Position numbers and translations under genes: made by a program. The notes below the pieces were generated by a model, which was not told the origin of the DNA, made no database searches, and worked only from the letters and a program-made list of their open reading frames with translations. From NCBI GenBank assembly GCA_010909165.1, contig MU008151.1, positions 310,001 through 374,000 of the forward strand: DNA of 64,000 bases, given 5' to 3'. The stretch's first letter is position 1. The number at the start of each line of letters is the position of its first letter. This stretch comes from Anthoceros angustus (taxonomy: Eukaryota; Plantae; Anthocerotophyta). Of this stretch, positions 63,401-64,000 are shown piece by piece.

Positions 63401-64000
63401 TGGTGGATATGAATCACCCACAGCATGCTTTTGCTTTTATAATGGATATGCTGCATCCCGAGCATGGTTTGGAGGGTTCACAGCTGCTGAGCTTCAGGGA
63501 AGGAGTCCTTAGCCGGATCGCAAAGCTCCTAGCTCTGAACAGGTCAGTCCAGTGTCGCATCATCTTCTGTTCGACTGGAATTAATTGGCACCTGTGGTCA
63601 CTTAAACTGGTTGGTTTTTGGTTTGTCCTAGGCCAACTACTTTACTTCTTGTGCTGAAGTACTTCAGCAAAGACAATGATTTGATCACAGCATCGCTAGG
63701 CCAGGAGCCTTATCTGTTGTTCAGCTATTTGAAAGCTATTATGGATGTCCGCACGTATGGGTACTGTAAACCTCTGCCTGCACTTTTGAAACAAGCCTCT
63801 ACAGAGACTGTCAGCACCCAGCTGGAGACTCTACTCGTTCAGGACAAAGAAGTCAACCTGGCAGATATGCTGGAGCAGTCCGGGCTGCTCTCCAGAGATG
63901 GATTGGCAGAATTGTATCTGGAGGTCTGTAGCAACATGCAGTCATTTTTGGGTGCAGTTGTGGGGCCAGATGCGCTTTAGTAGCACAATTAGATTTAAGT
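57478..64000 (+). CDS. VPS8: Vacuolar protein sorting 8 (CORVET subunit), multi-exon, continues beyond the window
   Basis: ASSGFHLEEGAAAQPMRLEG..RRDHGYPQALAVH..VGMSKG; FNLQGDML..GYSNG; N.FGNPE..YHSSLAVRGA; LLPWQDRI..AGDWMGA; VGGVAIEFCVHI; FLELLEPYILKDMLG.LAPE; GWLQRVEQCILHMDI.SLDFNQ; GLYSALIYLFNKGLDDF. Approximate exons: 57478-59468, 59562-59867, 60015-60257, 60448-60855, 60957-61632, 61710-61774, 61872-61973, 62092-62234, 62402-62457, 62583-63262, 63343-63542, 63632-63923. One indel at ~57832. Confidence 0.93.

Overview
Eukaryotic land-plant nuclear DNA, most likely a lycophyte such as Selaginella. This is an inference from the short introns, the PPR style and the multiple TORNADO1-like Roco sequences. 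The consensus is indel-rich and has one N at 5622. From left to right: (1) a 5'-truncated SKU5-similar multicopper oxidase gene and LTR-retrotransposon debris. (2) A ~10 kb DNA transposon (5.6-15.8 kb) with a Sola-like DDD transposase. On the opposite strand it carries a frameshifted gene that reads as a ParB/Srx-like domain fused to a beta-class DNA amino-methyltransferase, and the putative introns contain GCGC palindromes. This is the most novel candidate system. (3) A ~39 kb rearranged zone (16.4-55.4 kb) of reshuffled pieces of neighbouring genes (TPM, VPS8, TRN1-like, PPR). Pieces are joined at 8-9 nt microhomologies and fold-back hairpins, and the zone also holds a TRN1-like LRR-Roc-COR gene, (GGGTT)n arrays and satellites. 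(4) An intronless TPM-domain thylakoid protein gene and a multi-exon VPS8 gene that runs off the right end. All domain calls come from manual translation and motif recognition, not database searches.
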